A stretch of 64,000 bases of DNA, from assembly GCA_965247095.1 (NCBI GenBank), contig OZ251997.1, forward strand, positions 1,312,001 through 1,376,000, read 5' to 3'. Positions 42,492 through 51,999 of the stretch are shown here, in pieces. The stretch is from Candidatus Multivorans sp. GTDB lineage: Bacteria > Acidobacteriota > Thermoanaerobaculia > Multivoradales > Multivoraceae. The notes under the pieces were generated by a model. The model saw only the letters and a list, made by a program, of their open reading frames with translations. It made no database searches and was not told the DNA's origin. The position numbers were made by a program, and so were the translations under genes. The first letter of the stretch is position 1, and every line of letters begins with the position of its first letter.

Positions 42492-44729
42492 GTGAGGCGC
42501 TTTCCCGCGGCGACCATCGTCGCAACCCTGTCGCTGTGGGTCGGCGCTACCGAGGCCCAAACCGGGCGGCCGACCGCCACGGCGGTGGCGATCGGCGAAG
42601 GCCCGCTGTTAGACGGCACCGTGCTGGACGACGCCGTCTGGCAGCAGATCGAGCCGGCTTCCGGACTGACGCAGACCCGGCCCTATGCCGGTGAGCCGGG
42701 GACGGAGCAGACGGAAGTCCGTTTCGCCTTCACCGAGGACACGCTCTTCGTCGCCGTCGTCTGTCACGACCGGGAACCGGAGGGGATCGTCATCTCGGAT
42801 AGCCGGCGCGACTCCCCACTGAACGAGACGGACAGCTTCCAGGTCATCCTCGACACCTTCCGCGACGGCCGCAACGGCTTTGTCTTCGGCACCAACCCTG
42901 CCGGAATCGAGTACGACGGCCAGGTTGTCGGCGGGGGCTCGGGAGTCTTCAGCGGCATGGGAGGCAGCAGCCGCTTCCGGGGCGGTTCCAGCACCGGGTT
43001 CAACCTGAACTGGGACGGCGCCTGGCACGTCGCGACAGAGGTCGGCGACTTCGGCTGGAGCGCCGAGTTGGCGATCCCCTTCCGCACCCTCCGCTACCCC
43101 TCAGCCGACGTGCAGACCTGGGGACTGAACTTCCAGCGCAACATCGCCCGCCATAGGGAAGTCTCGTTCTGGTCCGAGCTCGACCGGAATCACGAACTGG
43201 ACCGGCTGACCGACGCGGGCTCGCTGCAGGGTGTCGAGCCGCCGCCGCAGCGCAACCTGAAGCTGATCCCCTACGCGATCGGCTCCAGCCGGGAGTTGCC
43301 TGCGGCGGACAGCGGCGACGAGTCGGACTCCGACATCGGCCTCGATCTCAAGTACAGCGTAACGCCGAGCTTGACCCTCGACCTGACCTACAACACGGAC
43401 TTCGCCCAGGTCGAGGTCGACGAGCAACAGGTGAACCTGGACCGGTTCAACCTGTTCTTCCCCGAGAAGAGGCCCTTCTTCCTCGAGAACGCCGGGTTGT
43501 TCACGGTCGGAGCGCGCTCGGGGGGAAGCCGCGCATCGGCCCGGGTGGACCTGTTCTTCAGCCGCCGGATCGGCATCGGACCCGGTGGCGAACTGGTCCC
43601 GATCGACTACGGAGGCCGGCTGTCGGGCAAGGCCGGCCGGTTCAACGTCGGGCTGCTCCACATGCAGACCGTGACGGTGGGAGGGCTCCACGGCAACAAC
43701 TACGCGGTCGCCCGCCTCAACCGCGAGTTGGGTGAGCGCTCCAGCATCGGCGGGATGTTCGTCAGCCGCGAAGGGGTGGGCAGCCTGGCGCCGGAGAACG
43801 ACACCAACCGCGCCTACGCCATCGACGGCAAGTGGGGCATCGGCGAGCACCACACGATCGAGTCGTACGTCGCCCAGACCGACACGCCGGGACTCGACGG
43901 CGACGACAGCTCGATGCTCGTGAGCTACAACCTCGGCAAGCCGGAATGGCGCGGCAGCGTCAGCTACGCGGAGGCGCGCGAGAATTTCAATCCTGAGGTT
44001 GGGTTCATGTCACGGACCAACTTCCGGAACTTCTCCGCATTCGGCATGCGCACGATGAGACCGAAGGCTCTGGCCGGTCTCCACGAGATCCGACCACATG
44101 TCTCGTACAGCGCCATCTGGGACTTCGACGACTACAAGGAGACCCAGTACATCCATCTCGACACCCACTGGGAGTGGCGCAACGGCTTCGAGATCCATAC
44201 CGGCGTGAACTTCACCGAGGAGGGCGTCCAGGAGGCGTTCGAGGTCGTCGACGACTTCACCGTCGCGCCGGGCAGGTACGGCCACAACGAGATCCAGATG
44301 GTGGTCCAGACCAACCAGGCGAAGCCGTTCTCGATCAGCATCCGGAACACCACCGGCGGCTTCTTCGGCGGCGACCTGAGTTCGACCTCGCTCACCCTGC
44401 TCGCCCGGCGCGGCGAACGCCTGACCTCGGAGCTGACCTGGGACCATAACGACGCCAAGGTGGCGTCCGGCAGCTTTCAGGTCAATCTCGGCAGGCTGCG
44501 TCTCTCCTACTCGATCACCCCGCGGATGCTGGTTCAGGCCCTCGCCCAGTACAACGACCAGTCGGACAACGTCTCCACGAACCTCCGCTTCTCGTGGCTG
44601 CAGGATGCGAACACGGGGCTGTTCGTGGTCTATAACGAGATCGACGAACTGGGCGCGCGGATTCTCTACGAGCGCCCGGACCGCACCGTCATCGTCAAGT
44701 ACAGCCGCCTGGTCGACATCTTCCGTTGA
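42492..44729 (+). CDS. CBM9-like/DUF5916 outer-membrane protein
   Basis: Signal peptide, WSAELAIPFRTLRY, NTDFAQVEVD..NLDRFNLFFPEKRPFFLE, FFSRRIG, beta-rich C-terminus. Confidence 0.85.
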   Translation: MRRFPAATIVATLSLWVGATEAQTGRPTATAVAIGEGPLLDGTVLDDAVWQQIEPASGLTQTRPYAGEPGTEQTEVRFAFTEDTLFVAVVCHDREPEGIVISDSRRDSPLNETDSFQVILDTFRDGRNGFVFGTNPAGIEYDGQVVGGGSGVFSGMGGSSRFRGGSSTGFNLNWDGAWHVATEVGDFGWSAELAIPFRTLRYPSADVQTWGLNFQRNIARHREVSFWSELDRNHELDRLTDAGSLQGVEPPPQRNLKLIPYAIGSSRELPAADSGDESDSDIGLDLKYSVTPSLTLDLTYNTDFAQVEVDEQQVNLDRFNLFFPEKRPFFLENAGLFTVGARSGGSRASARVDLFFSRRIGIGPGGELVPIDYGGRLSGKAGRFNVGLLHMQTVTVGGLHGNNYAVARLNRELGERSSIGGMFVSREGVGSLAPENDTNRAYAIDGKWGIGEHHTIESYVAQTDTPGLDGDDSSMLVSYNLGKPEWRGSVSYAEARENFNPEVGFMSRTNFRNFSAFGMRTMRPKALAGLHEIRPHVSYSAIWDFDDYKETQYIHLDTHWEWRNGFEIHTGVNFTEEGVQEAFEVVDDFTVAPGRYGHNEIQMVVQTNQAKPFSISIRNTTGGFFGGDLSSTSLTLLARRGERLTSELTWDHNDAKVASGSFQVNLGRLRLSYSITPRMLVQALAQYNDQSDNVSTNLRFSWLQDANTGLFVVYNEIDELGARILYERPDRTVIVKYSRLVDIFR

Positions 44730-44764
44730 GCCGGCCGCCGGCCGCCGTCAGGAGCTCTGCCCAG

Positions 44765-45403
44765 ATGAACCCAAGCGACCTCCGCGTCTACTTCTCCTTC
44801 CGCTCCCAGTTCTCGTGGCTGGCCTTTCACCGGATCACGACGACCGGCGTGTTCGACTGGAACCAGATCGACGCGATCCCGATCTTCCCGTTCGGCAAGG
44901 GCGCCAACCTTTCGGCCGGACGCGCCAAATCGTCCTACGTGCGGGAGGATACGGAGCGCATCGCGAACGCCTATGGACTCTCCGTCAAGTGGCCGGAGTC
45001 CGGCAGTGACCCGGACTGGTTCCCGCCGCACCAGATCTATCTCTGGGCCCGGGAGCAGGGCAAGGCAGTCGACTATGCCCGCGAGGCCTTCTCGGCGCGG
45101 TTCAAGCGCGGCCTCGACCTCGCCGGCGACGAAGTGATGCGCGCCGCTGCCGAAGCAGCGGGTCTCGACGGCGACGAAGCCCTGGCCGTAGCCCACGACC
45201 CGAAGTGGAAGGACGCGATCATGGCCGGCTTCGCCCATACGCGGGACGACGGCGCCTTCGGCGTGCCGCTGTTCATCTTCCGCGGCGAGCGCTTCTGGGG
45301 CAACGACCGGCTCGACTGGCTGCTGCGCGCGGTGGCTCGCTCGGAAGGTCGCGAAGTCACCGATCTGGCGGCGGAACCGCTGGCGCCCGTCTACTCGCCC
45401 TAA
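44765..45403 (+). CDS. DsbA-like/HCCA isomerase (kappa GST) family protein
   Basis: YFSFRSQFSW, GAFGVPLFI..GERFWGNDRL. Confidence 0.87.
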   Translation: MNPSDLRVYFSFRSQFSWLAFHRITTTGVFDWNQIDAIPIFPFGKGANLSAGRAKSSYVREDTERIANAYGLSVKWPESGSDPDWFPPHQIYLWAREQGKAVDYAREAFSARFKRGLDLAGDEVMRAAAEAAGLDGDEALAVAHDPKWKDAIMAGFAHTRDDGAFGVPLFIFRGERFWGNDRLDWLLRAVARSEGREVTDLAAEPLAPVYSP

Positions 45404-46155
45404 GGAGTCCGCGCCGCAGCGGTCGCGGCAACATGGCCGACGATGACGACGCAGGGGGCCCTGATCCGGCCGGAGAGTGCGCCTGCAGCGAGGGCGTCCA
45501 GGGTGGAGGACACGACCCGCTGACCGGGGGTGGTTGCGCGTTCGACGATTGCTGCCGGCGTCGAAGGGTCGCGGCCCGCGGTAATTAGCCCCCGGCCGAT
45601 GCGTTCCAAGCGCCGCGACGCCATCAGGACGACGACGGTGTCGGCGCCGGAAAGGCCCGCCCAGTCGGGTTCGCCGCCTTCCGCGTTGCGCGCGGAGACG
45701 ACTGCGAACCCCAGGGAAACGCCGCGGTGCGTCAGGGGGATGCCCGCGACTGCCGGCGCTGCTACGACGCTACTGACGCCCGGCACGACCTCGCACGGCA
45801 CACCTGCCGCGGCGCAGGCTTCGATCTCCTCGCCGGCGCGACCGAAGATGGCGGGATCGCCGCCCTTGAGCCGGACCACATGAGCCCCGGCCTGGGCGTG
45901 TTCGATCATCAGCTTCTCGATCCGCCGCTGGCGGGCCTGCACGTCGTCGCCTGGGCGCTTGCCGACATCGACGATCTCGGCGCCCGCTTTCGCCTCGGAG
46001 AGAAGTTCCGGCGCCGCCAGACGATCGTGCAGCACGACGTCGGCGGCCCGTAGCCGCTTGAGCCCGAGGACGGTGATCAGATCGGGGTCACCCGGCCCGG
46101 CCCCGATCAGGGTCACGCGTCCTGCTCGCCTGGAAGACTCAACCGGTCGACTCAT
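45400..46155 (-). CDS. cobA: Uroporphyrinogen-III C-methyltransferase
   Basis: LIGAGPGDPDLIT, RLKGGDPAIFGR, PGVSS, GIPLTHRG. Confidence 0.95.
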   Translation of the reverse strand: MSRPVESSRRAGRVTLIGAGPGDPDLITVLGLKRLRAADVVLHDRLAAPELLSEAKAGAEIVDVGKRPGDDVQARQRRIEKLMIEHAQAGAHVVRLKGGDPAIFGRAGEEIEACAAAGVPCEVVPGVSSVVAAPAVAGIPLTHRGVSLGFAVVSARNAEGGEPDWAGLSGADTVVVLMASRRLERIGRGLITAGRDPSTPAAIVERATTPGQRVVSSTLDALAAGALSGRIRAPCVVIVGHVAATAAARTP

Positions 46156-46823
46156 GGATCGGGCTCCTGTGAGGCCACCCCGAGGATCTGCTCGGACCGC
46201 TCGCGGGCCTCAGCCGCCCGACCGTCGCGAAACAGCGAGAGCACTTCCGAGTCCACGAGCTCGTACCAACGGCGCCGCCGCTCTTCGAACTCGGGGACCG
46301 CCCGCGCGAGCGGGGCCCGCAGCCGGCCGGCGAGTTCCAGCAGAGCGCCGTACTCCGGTCCCAGTTCCTGTTCGAGTCGCTGCCGGAGACGTACGGCGAG
46401 CGCCGGCGCCCGGCCGGAGGTCGAGATCGCGATCACCAGGTCGCCGCGGCGCACGATCGAGGGCGCGATGAAGCTGCAACGATCGACAACGTCCTCCACG
46501 TTGGCGAAGATGCCGCGAGCTTCCGCCTCCGCTGAGAACGCCTCGTCCCGCACAGCGCCGCCCGGCTCCGCGAGCGCCAGCACAGCGCCCTCAAGGTCCC
46601 CCGGTTGGTAGTCCCGCTCGCGGTGCTCGATCTCTCCGCGTTCGGCCAGCCGCGCCAACTCAGGCGTCAGTTCGGAAGCGACGACCCGTAAACGCGCCCC
46701 GCAGGGCAGCAGGCCGGCCACCTTCCGCTCGGCGATCCTGCCGCCGCCGACCACGACCACCAGCCGCTCGGCGAGCGAGAGATAGACCGGATAGTAGGCG
46801 GGAGGCCGGCTGGCGCCGCTCAA
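46152..46823 (-). CDS. Precorrin-2 dehydrogenase/sirohydrochlorin ferrochelatase (Met8/CysG-N-like)
   Basis: YYPVYL, VVVGGGRIAERK, NVED...CSFIAPS, AISTSGRAP. TTG start overlaps the cysH stop. Confidence 0.92.
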   Translation of the reverse strand: MSGASRPPAYYPVYLSLAERLVVVVGGGRIAERKVAGLLPCGARLRVVASELTPELARLAERGEIEHRERDYQPGDLEGAVLALAEPGGAVRDEAFSAEAEARGIFANVEDVVDRCSFIAPSIVRRGDLVIAISTSGRAPALAVRLRQRLEQELGPEYGALLELAGRLRAPLARAVPEFEERRRRWYELVDSEVLSLFRDGRAAEARERSEQILGVASQEPDP

Positions 46824-47662
46824 CGCGGCTGCAGCACGTGGAGCCCGCATTCCTTGCCGGTCTGGGACTCCCACCACCAGCGTCCGCCGCGGGCGCCCTC
46901 GCCGGGGCGCGAAGGCCTGGTGCACGGCGCGCACCCGATCGTCCGGTAGCCCCGGTCGTAGAGCGGGTGGTACGGGACTCCCTGCTCGTGGATGTACGCC
47001 CAGACCTGATCCTCGGTCCAGTCCAGCAGCGGGCAAACCTTGACCACGCGGCCCCTGGTCCGCGTCACCCGGTCGACCTCCACCTTGTTGAGGACATCCC
47101 GGGTCGGCGTCTGGTCGCGGCGCAGGCCACTGAGCCAGGCCGGCGCGTGCGCCAGGGCCCGGCGCATCGGTTCCACCTTGCGCACGTTGCAGCAACGCTG
47201 CCGCCCGGCCACCGAGGCGTAGAAGAGATTCGGTCCCTCTCGCCGGACCAGCCCCGCAACCTCGGAGGCGCGCGGCGCCACCATCTCGACCTCGACGCCG
47301 TAGTGCAGCCGCACATGCTCGATGTGCCGGTACGTATCCTCCGGCAGGCGGCCGGTGTCGAGTGTCACCACGCGAACCGGCAGATCGAGTTGATGACACA
47401 TGTGGAGGAGGAGCATGCCCTCCGCCTGAAACGACGTGGCCAGCGTCAACTCGCGACCCCACCGCCCGTGGGCCCAGCGGAGCACCTGTTCGGGCGTCGC
47501 CGGCTCCAGCTCCATCGCCCAGCCGAGTACGCAGAGGTCGCCGTCGGCGGCCTGGCCGGGGAACTCCAGAACGGCGCCGCCGAGGCCGCCCGCCTCCGGA
47601 AGCCCCCCCGCTTGCGGGGGGGTTGGGGGGGGAGTTGGTAGATCTCGTGGTTCTTGCTGCAT
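46820..47662 (-). CDS. cysH: APS/PAPS reductase ([4Fe-4S] APS-reductase type)
   Basis: LDTGRLP, CC..RKVEP, GLRRDQ, IGCAPCT, RWWWE..KECGLH. Start uncertain (47662 or 47671). Confidence 0.93.
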   Translation of the reverse strand: MQQEPRDLPTPPPTPPQAGGLPEAGGLGGAVLEFPGQAADGDLCVLGWAMELEPATPEQVLRWAHGRWGRELTLATSFQAEGMLLLHMCHQLDLPVRVVTLDTGRLPEDTYRHIEHVRLHYGVEVEMVAPRASEVAGLVRREGPNLFYASVAGRQRCCNVRKVEPMRRALAHAPAWLSGLRRDQTPTRDVLNKVEVDRVTRTRGRVVKVCPLLDWTEDQVWAYIHEQGVPYHPLYDRGYRTIGCAPCTRPSRPGEGARGGRWWWESQTGKECGLHVLQPR

Positions 47663-47686
47663 TTGTGACAAATACGATCACAAATG
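47660..47686. promoter_or_regulatory. AT-rich inverted repeat, probable operator of the cysH-siroheme genes
   Basis: CATTTGTGA-N9-TCACAAATG at the cysH start. Confidence 0.55.
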
Positions 47687-47743
47687 TCTCTTGGTTTCAA
47701 CGGATCGACCGGCGGGTCGCGCCGAGGCGCCAAAAACGGCTTG

Positions 47744-48901
47744 TTACAACGCCCGCAGCGTCGTCGCCAAGGCCTCCAAATCCGAGCTGTCGTTGTAGAC
47801 CTGAGGCGCAACCCGGATCGCCGTACCGCGGACCGACACGAAGACCCGGGCCTGCCGGAGAGCCGCCGCGGTGGCGTCCGCGTCCAGGCCGCGGCGGGAA
47901 CGCAAGCCGAACAGGTGCGCACCACGCCACGCCCGGTCCTCCAGTCCGAAACCCGCCTCGCGAAAGGCGTCCTCGAACGGTTCGAGCAGCTTCACGCAGT
48001 AGTCCTGGACGCGGTCCGGGCGCCACTCGAGCACCATGTCCAGGGCGGCGTTCAGCATCGGCAACTGGATCTGGTTGCTGCGCTCGCCCACGTCGTAGCG
48101 CGCGGCGGCCGGCCGGTACTCCTGCACGTACTCCAGCCGGCCCGCCACGAACAGCTCGCTGCTCTCCCGGGCAGCCCAGGGCTCCTCCAGCGGAACGCCG
48201 TCGTCGAACCGCTCGCCAAACCACGCCAAACCGCTCTGGTACGGGCCGAACAGGGTCTTGTAGCCCGCGACGACCAGCGCGTCGGGCGCCACCTCCTCGA
48301 CGTCGAAGGGCATCGCGCCGATCGACTGGGTGCCGTCGATGACGAAGAGCGCACCGACCTCGCGCGCCCGCCGCCCCACCGCGGCAACGTTGAAGCGCGT
48401 GCCGTCCGCCCAGTGGACGACCGGCAGGGCGACCACCGCCGTGTCGCGGTCGATCGCCTCGAGCACCCGATCGTTCCACGCCGCGCCCGGACTCGGATCG
48501 CCCGCCGACGGCCGGTCCACCGTACGCAGTTCCGCACCGCTCTCCCGCGCCCTGCGCATCCACGCGTACACGTTGCTCGGGAACTGCTCACCCAGGATGA
48601 CGATGTTCTGCCCGCGGGAGACGGCGGCGTTGCGGGCCGCGGTGGCGATGCCGTAGGAGACCGCCGGAATGATCGCGACTCGCCGCGGATCGGAACCCCC
48701 GATCAACCGCGCGAAGCGCTCGCGCAGGGCGTCCGCCTGGTCGAAGAAGTCGCCCGCCACGATCGTCGACGGATCGCGCCGACGCGCCATTCCCTCGAGC
48801 CCGGCCGCCTCGACCTCGCGCGCCAGCGGCGCCATGTAGGCGCAGTTCAGATAGTGCAGGTCGGCCGGAAGCTGGAACCGGTGTCGCTGGCAGTCGAGCA
48901 T
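47744..48901 (-). CDS. Class V PLP aminotransferase (cysteine desulfurase-like)
   Basis: YLNCAYMAP, QFPSNVY, IDGTQSIG, GYKTLFGP, IRVAPQVYN. Confidence 0.88.
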   Translation of the reverse strand: MLDCQRHRFQLPADLHYLNCAYMAPLAREVEAAGLEGMARRRDPSTIVAGDFFDQADALRERFARLIGGSDPRRVAIIPAVSYGIATAARNAAVSRGQNIVILGEQFPSNVYAWMRRARESGAELRTVDRPSAGDPSPGAAWNDRVLEAIDRDTAVVALPVVHWADGTRFNVAAVGRRAREVGALFVIDGTQSIGAMPFDVEEVAPDALVVAGYKTLFGPYQSGLAWFGERFDDGVPLEEPWAARESSELFVAGRLEYVQEYRPAAARYDVGERSNQIQLPMLNAALDMVLEWRPDRVQDYCVKLLEPFEDAFREAGFGLEDRAWRGAHLFGLRSRRGLDADATAAALRQARVFVSVRGTAIRVAPQVYNDSSDLEALATTLRAL

Positions 48902-48948
48902 GGCCGGCGATCTTACGCGCGCTACCTGCGGGCAAGGAGCAAGGACCG

Positions 48949-50265
48949 CTACGCGGCGGCCAGGGCGCGGTCGAGATCCCGGATCAGGTCGTCCACCGTC
49001 TCGAGGCCGATCGAGAGTCGCACCACCTCCGGCCCGGCGCCGGCGGCGGCGCGCTGCTCGTCGCTCAGTTGGCGGTGGGTGGTCGAGGCGGGATGGAGGA
49101 TCAGGGAGCGGGCGTCGCCGACGTTCGCCAGGTGGGAGAACAGATCGCAGGCCTCCACGACCCGGATGCCGGCGTCGTAGCCGCCGCGGACGCCGAAGGT
49201 GAACACCGCGCCCGCGCCCTTCGGCAGGTACTTCGCGGCCAGGTCCCGGTAGGGGCTGCTAGGCAGACCGGCATAGGACACCCACTCGACCTTCTGCTGC
49301 TCCTGCAGCCACTCGGCGACGCGCTGCGCGTTCCGGCAATGACGCTCCATTCGCAGCGCCAGGGTCTCGATGCCCAGCAGGATCAGGAAGGCGTTCATCG
49401 GCGCCATCGCGGCGCCCAGGTCGCGCAGGCCGACGGCATGAGCATGGGTGGTGAACGCGAGGTCTCCGAAGGTCTCGCTGAACTTCAGGCCGTGGTAGGC
49501 CGGTTCCGGTTCAGAGAGCCCGGGAAAGCGCCCGGAGGCAGTCCAGTCGAAGCGTCCGCTGTCGACCACTCCTCCGCCGATCACCGTGCCGTTGCCCGAC
49601 AGGAACTTGGTCGCGGAGTGGACGACCAGGTCGGCGCCCCAGTCCATCGGCCGGCAGAGCCAGGGGGTGGCCAGCGTGTTGTCCACGATGAGGACCGCGC
49701 CCGCCGCCTTGGTCAGCCTTGCCAGGGTCTCGAGATCCGAAACGACGCCACCCGGATTGGCCAGGCTTTCGACGAAGAGCGCCTTGGCGCCCACGTCCAG
49801 GGCCGCCTCGACCGCGGCCAGGTCGTCCGTATCGACGAAGTCGCAGCGCCAGTCGAACTTCTGGAACGTCCGGCTGAACTGGGTGATCGACCCGCCGTAG
49901 AGCCGGCGCGACGCGGCAAACCGGGCGCCGGGCTCCATCAGGGGGAAGAACGCGAGGAGTTGGGCGGCGTGACCGGAGGCGCAGCAGGCGGCGCCGCGCC
50001 CGCCTTCCAGGCTCGCCAGCCGTTGCTCCAGGGCGGCGACGGTGGGGTTTCCCAAGCGCGAGTAGATGAACCCGAAGGTCTGAAGATTGAACAGCGAAGC
50101 GGCGTGGTCGACATCGTGGAACGCGTAGGCCGTGTTCTGGTAGATCGGCGTCTGCCGCGCGCCGGAGACCGGGTCGGGCGCGGCCCCGGCGTGGATCATC
50201 CGGGTTTCGAACCCCCAATCCGGTTCCGGCTTCGGGCCGCCCCCACGCGGGGATTCCCCGCTCAC
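48949..50265 (-). CDS. metY: O-acetylhomoserine sulfhydrylase
   Basis: FETRMIHAG, YSRLGNPT, VDNTLATP, HSATKF, HLANVGDARSLILHPASTTHRQL. Confidence 0.93.
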   Translation of the reverse strand: MSGESPRGGGPKPEPDWGFETRMIHAGAAPDPVSGARQTPIYQNTAYAFHDVDHAASLFNLQTFGFIYSRLGNPTVAALEQRLASLEGGRGAACCASGHAAQLLAFFPLMEPGARFAASRRLYGGSITQFSRTFQKFDWRCDFVDTDDLAAVEAALDVGAKALFVESLANPGGVVSDLETLARLTKAAGAVLIVDNTLATPWLCRPMDWGADLVVHSATKFLSGNGTVIGGGVVDSGRFDWTASGRFPGLSEPEPAYHGLKFSETFGDLAFTTHAHAVGLRDLGAAMAPMNAFLILLGIETLALRMERHCRNAQRVAEWLQEQQKVEWVSYAGLPSSPYRDLAAKYLPKGAGAVFTFGVRGGYDAGIRVVEACDLFSHLANVGDARSLILHPASTTHRQLSDEQRAAAGAGPEVVRLSIGLETVDDLIRDLDRALAAA

Positions 50266-50792
50266 CCGGACCCTCCGCGCTCGGGCGCCCGCACCAGCCG
50301 CGGGCGCCGGCTGGAGATGACGCCGCTGTCGATGCCTCCCCAGCCCAGCTCGCCCCACAGACGCCCGTACTCGATCTTCGGGCAACGATCCATGATCACC
50401 GTGAGCCCGGCGGCCTCCGCCTCGGCCGCGGCTTCGTCGTTGCGCACGCCGAGCTGCATCCAGACCACCGCAATGCCCTTCTCCTCGCGCAGCCGGATCG
50501 CCTCCCGGGTCGTCTCCAGGGCAGCCTCCGAGCCGCGGAAGACATCGACCATGTCCACCGGCGCCGGGACTTCGGCCAGCGACGCGCAGGCCCGCTCGCC
50601 CAGGATCGAAACCCCTTGAGCCGCCGCCCGCGGATTCACTGGAATCACGCGGTAGCCCTTCTCCTGCAGGTACTTCATGGCGAAGTTCGAGGGCCGCTTC
50701 CAGTTCGGCGAAGCGCCCACCATGGCGATCGTCCGCACCCGGCGGAGAATGCCGGTGATCAGGGCGTCGCTGTAGCGGAGGGCGGAGTGCAC
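50262..50792 (-). CDS. CoA-binding protein (YccU-like)
   Basis: TIAMVGAS...RPS, VIPVNP, DMVDVFR, VWMQLG, MDRCPKIE. Confidence 0.92.
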   Translation of the reverse strand: MHSALRYSDALITGILRRVRTIAMVGASPNWKRPSNFAMKYLQEKGYRVIPVNPRAAAQGVSILGERACASLAEVPAPVDMVDVFRGSEAALETTREAIRLREEKGIAVVWMQLGVRNDEAAAEAEAAGLTVIMDRCPKIEYGRLWGELGWGGIDSGVISSRRPRLVRAPERGGSG

Positions 50793-50812
50793 GGCGGGGA
50801 TGTTAGCGCCGG

Positions 50813-50908
50813 TGGCGTCGAGTACTCAGACGCTCTCAGCCGGGAGTTAGCCCGCAGCTCGTTCGCCGCGTCCCAGAGACGCGCCTCAATCCTCTCGTTC
50901 GGCGTCAT
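50813..50908 (-). pseudogene. hsdM: N-terminal remnant of type I R-M methyltransferase HsdM
   Basis: MTPNERIEARLWDAANELRANSRLRASEYSTP matches the HsdM N-terminus. Similarity ends before the expected VLGLIFL. Confidence 0.7.
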
Positions 50909-50926
50909 CGGCTGTAGTCTATGGTC

Positions 50927-51937
50927 ATGACTGACAGCGTCGCACAACCGCTTCCCGTCCCGCGAGATGACTGGAGGTCGCCCGGGGAATCCACCGGGCC
51001 GGAGGGCGCCCAGCTCGACGCCGACGGCTCGCGGCTCGACCCCGCCGATTCCCCCGGTTGCGAGGCGGTCCGGATCCCGCGGGAGAAGATCGAAGACCAC
51101 GAAGGCCGGGTCGAGTACTGGGACAGCCGGACCGAGACGGCGATGGTGGTCTGCGAACCGACCACCCTGTTTCACGAACGGCCCTCCCAACGCCTGGCGA
51201 GGCTGGCCGAACGGGTCGCTGCTTCGAGCGGGTCCCTCATCGAGACGTTCGGGACGACGGACCTGGTGCGGCTCTTCGCCAGCGGCAAGATGAGGGTGCT
51301 CATGCAGGCGGACCAGATCGTGTACGTCAACCCGCCGGCCGCGGTCGGACTGAGCCCGAGAGTCGACGTGGATGGAGTCGACATGCCGGGCGTGGTCCTG
51401 GAGGTCGACTACTCGACCGACGTCCGGCCCGGCAAGCTGCCGCGCTACGAGACCTGGGGCTTCCCGGAGGTCTGGGTCGACGTGCCCGACGAGCGTGCGG
51501 CAAGCCAACCCAGGTCGCGCAGATCGGGGCTCACGATCCACCTTCTCGAGAACGGCCGGTTCGAGAGCACACCGTCCAGTCGCGCCTTCCCTGGCTGGAC
51601 GGCGGAGGAGATCCACCGCGCTCTCAACGAGCACCTGCCCAGCGACCACACGATGACCGTGCTGCGCCGGGTGGGCCGCGCCTTGGGCACACGCGAAGGG
51701 ACGGGCCCCGACCAGGATCGGTGGTTGCGGTACGAGCGCGACGAGAGCCGGGCGGAAGGTCGGGCGGAAGGCATGATCGCCGCGGTGACAGCTCTGCTCG
51801 AGAGCCGCGGCGTAGCCGTCGACGCCGACCTCGCGGCCCGTCTCGCCGTCTTCGGCGACAAGTCTCCGGTGGAACTGATGCGGGCGGCGCAAGAGTGCGG
51901 GAGCGCGGAGGACCTTCTGCAGCGACTGAGCGATTGA
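50927..51937 (+). CDS. Uma2/DUF820-like PD-(D/E)XK endonuclease family protein
   Basis: MQADQIVY, PGVVLEVDYST, KLPRYETWGFPEVWV, C-terminal AEGRAEG. Confidence 0.75.
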   Translation: MTDSVAQPLPVPRDDWRSPGESTGPEGAQLDADGSRLDPADSPGCEAVRIPREKIEDHEGRVEYWDSRTETAMVVCEPTTLFHERPSQRLARLAERVAASSGSLIETFGTTDLVRLFASGKMRVLMQADQIVYVNPPAAVGLSPRVDVDGVDMPGVVLEVDYSTDVRPGKLPRYETWGFPEVWVDVPDERAASQPRSRRSGLTIHLLENGRFESTPSSRAFPGWTAEEIHRALNEHLPSDHTMTVLRRVGRALGTREGTGPDQDRWLRYERDESRAEGRAEGMIAAVTALLESRGVAVDADLAARLAVFGDKSPVELMRAAQECGSAEDLLQRLSD

Positions 51938-51999
51938 CAGGTCGGTAGGCGCGCCCAGTTCCCTGCACCGCAACGCAGCAACCCCCGCTGCGGCTGCTC

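Noticed and set aside
50759-51973. 404-aa minus-strand ORF
   Set aside because: Antisense of the Uma2-like gene. Only the segment 50813-50908 (hsdM relic) is meaningful.
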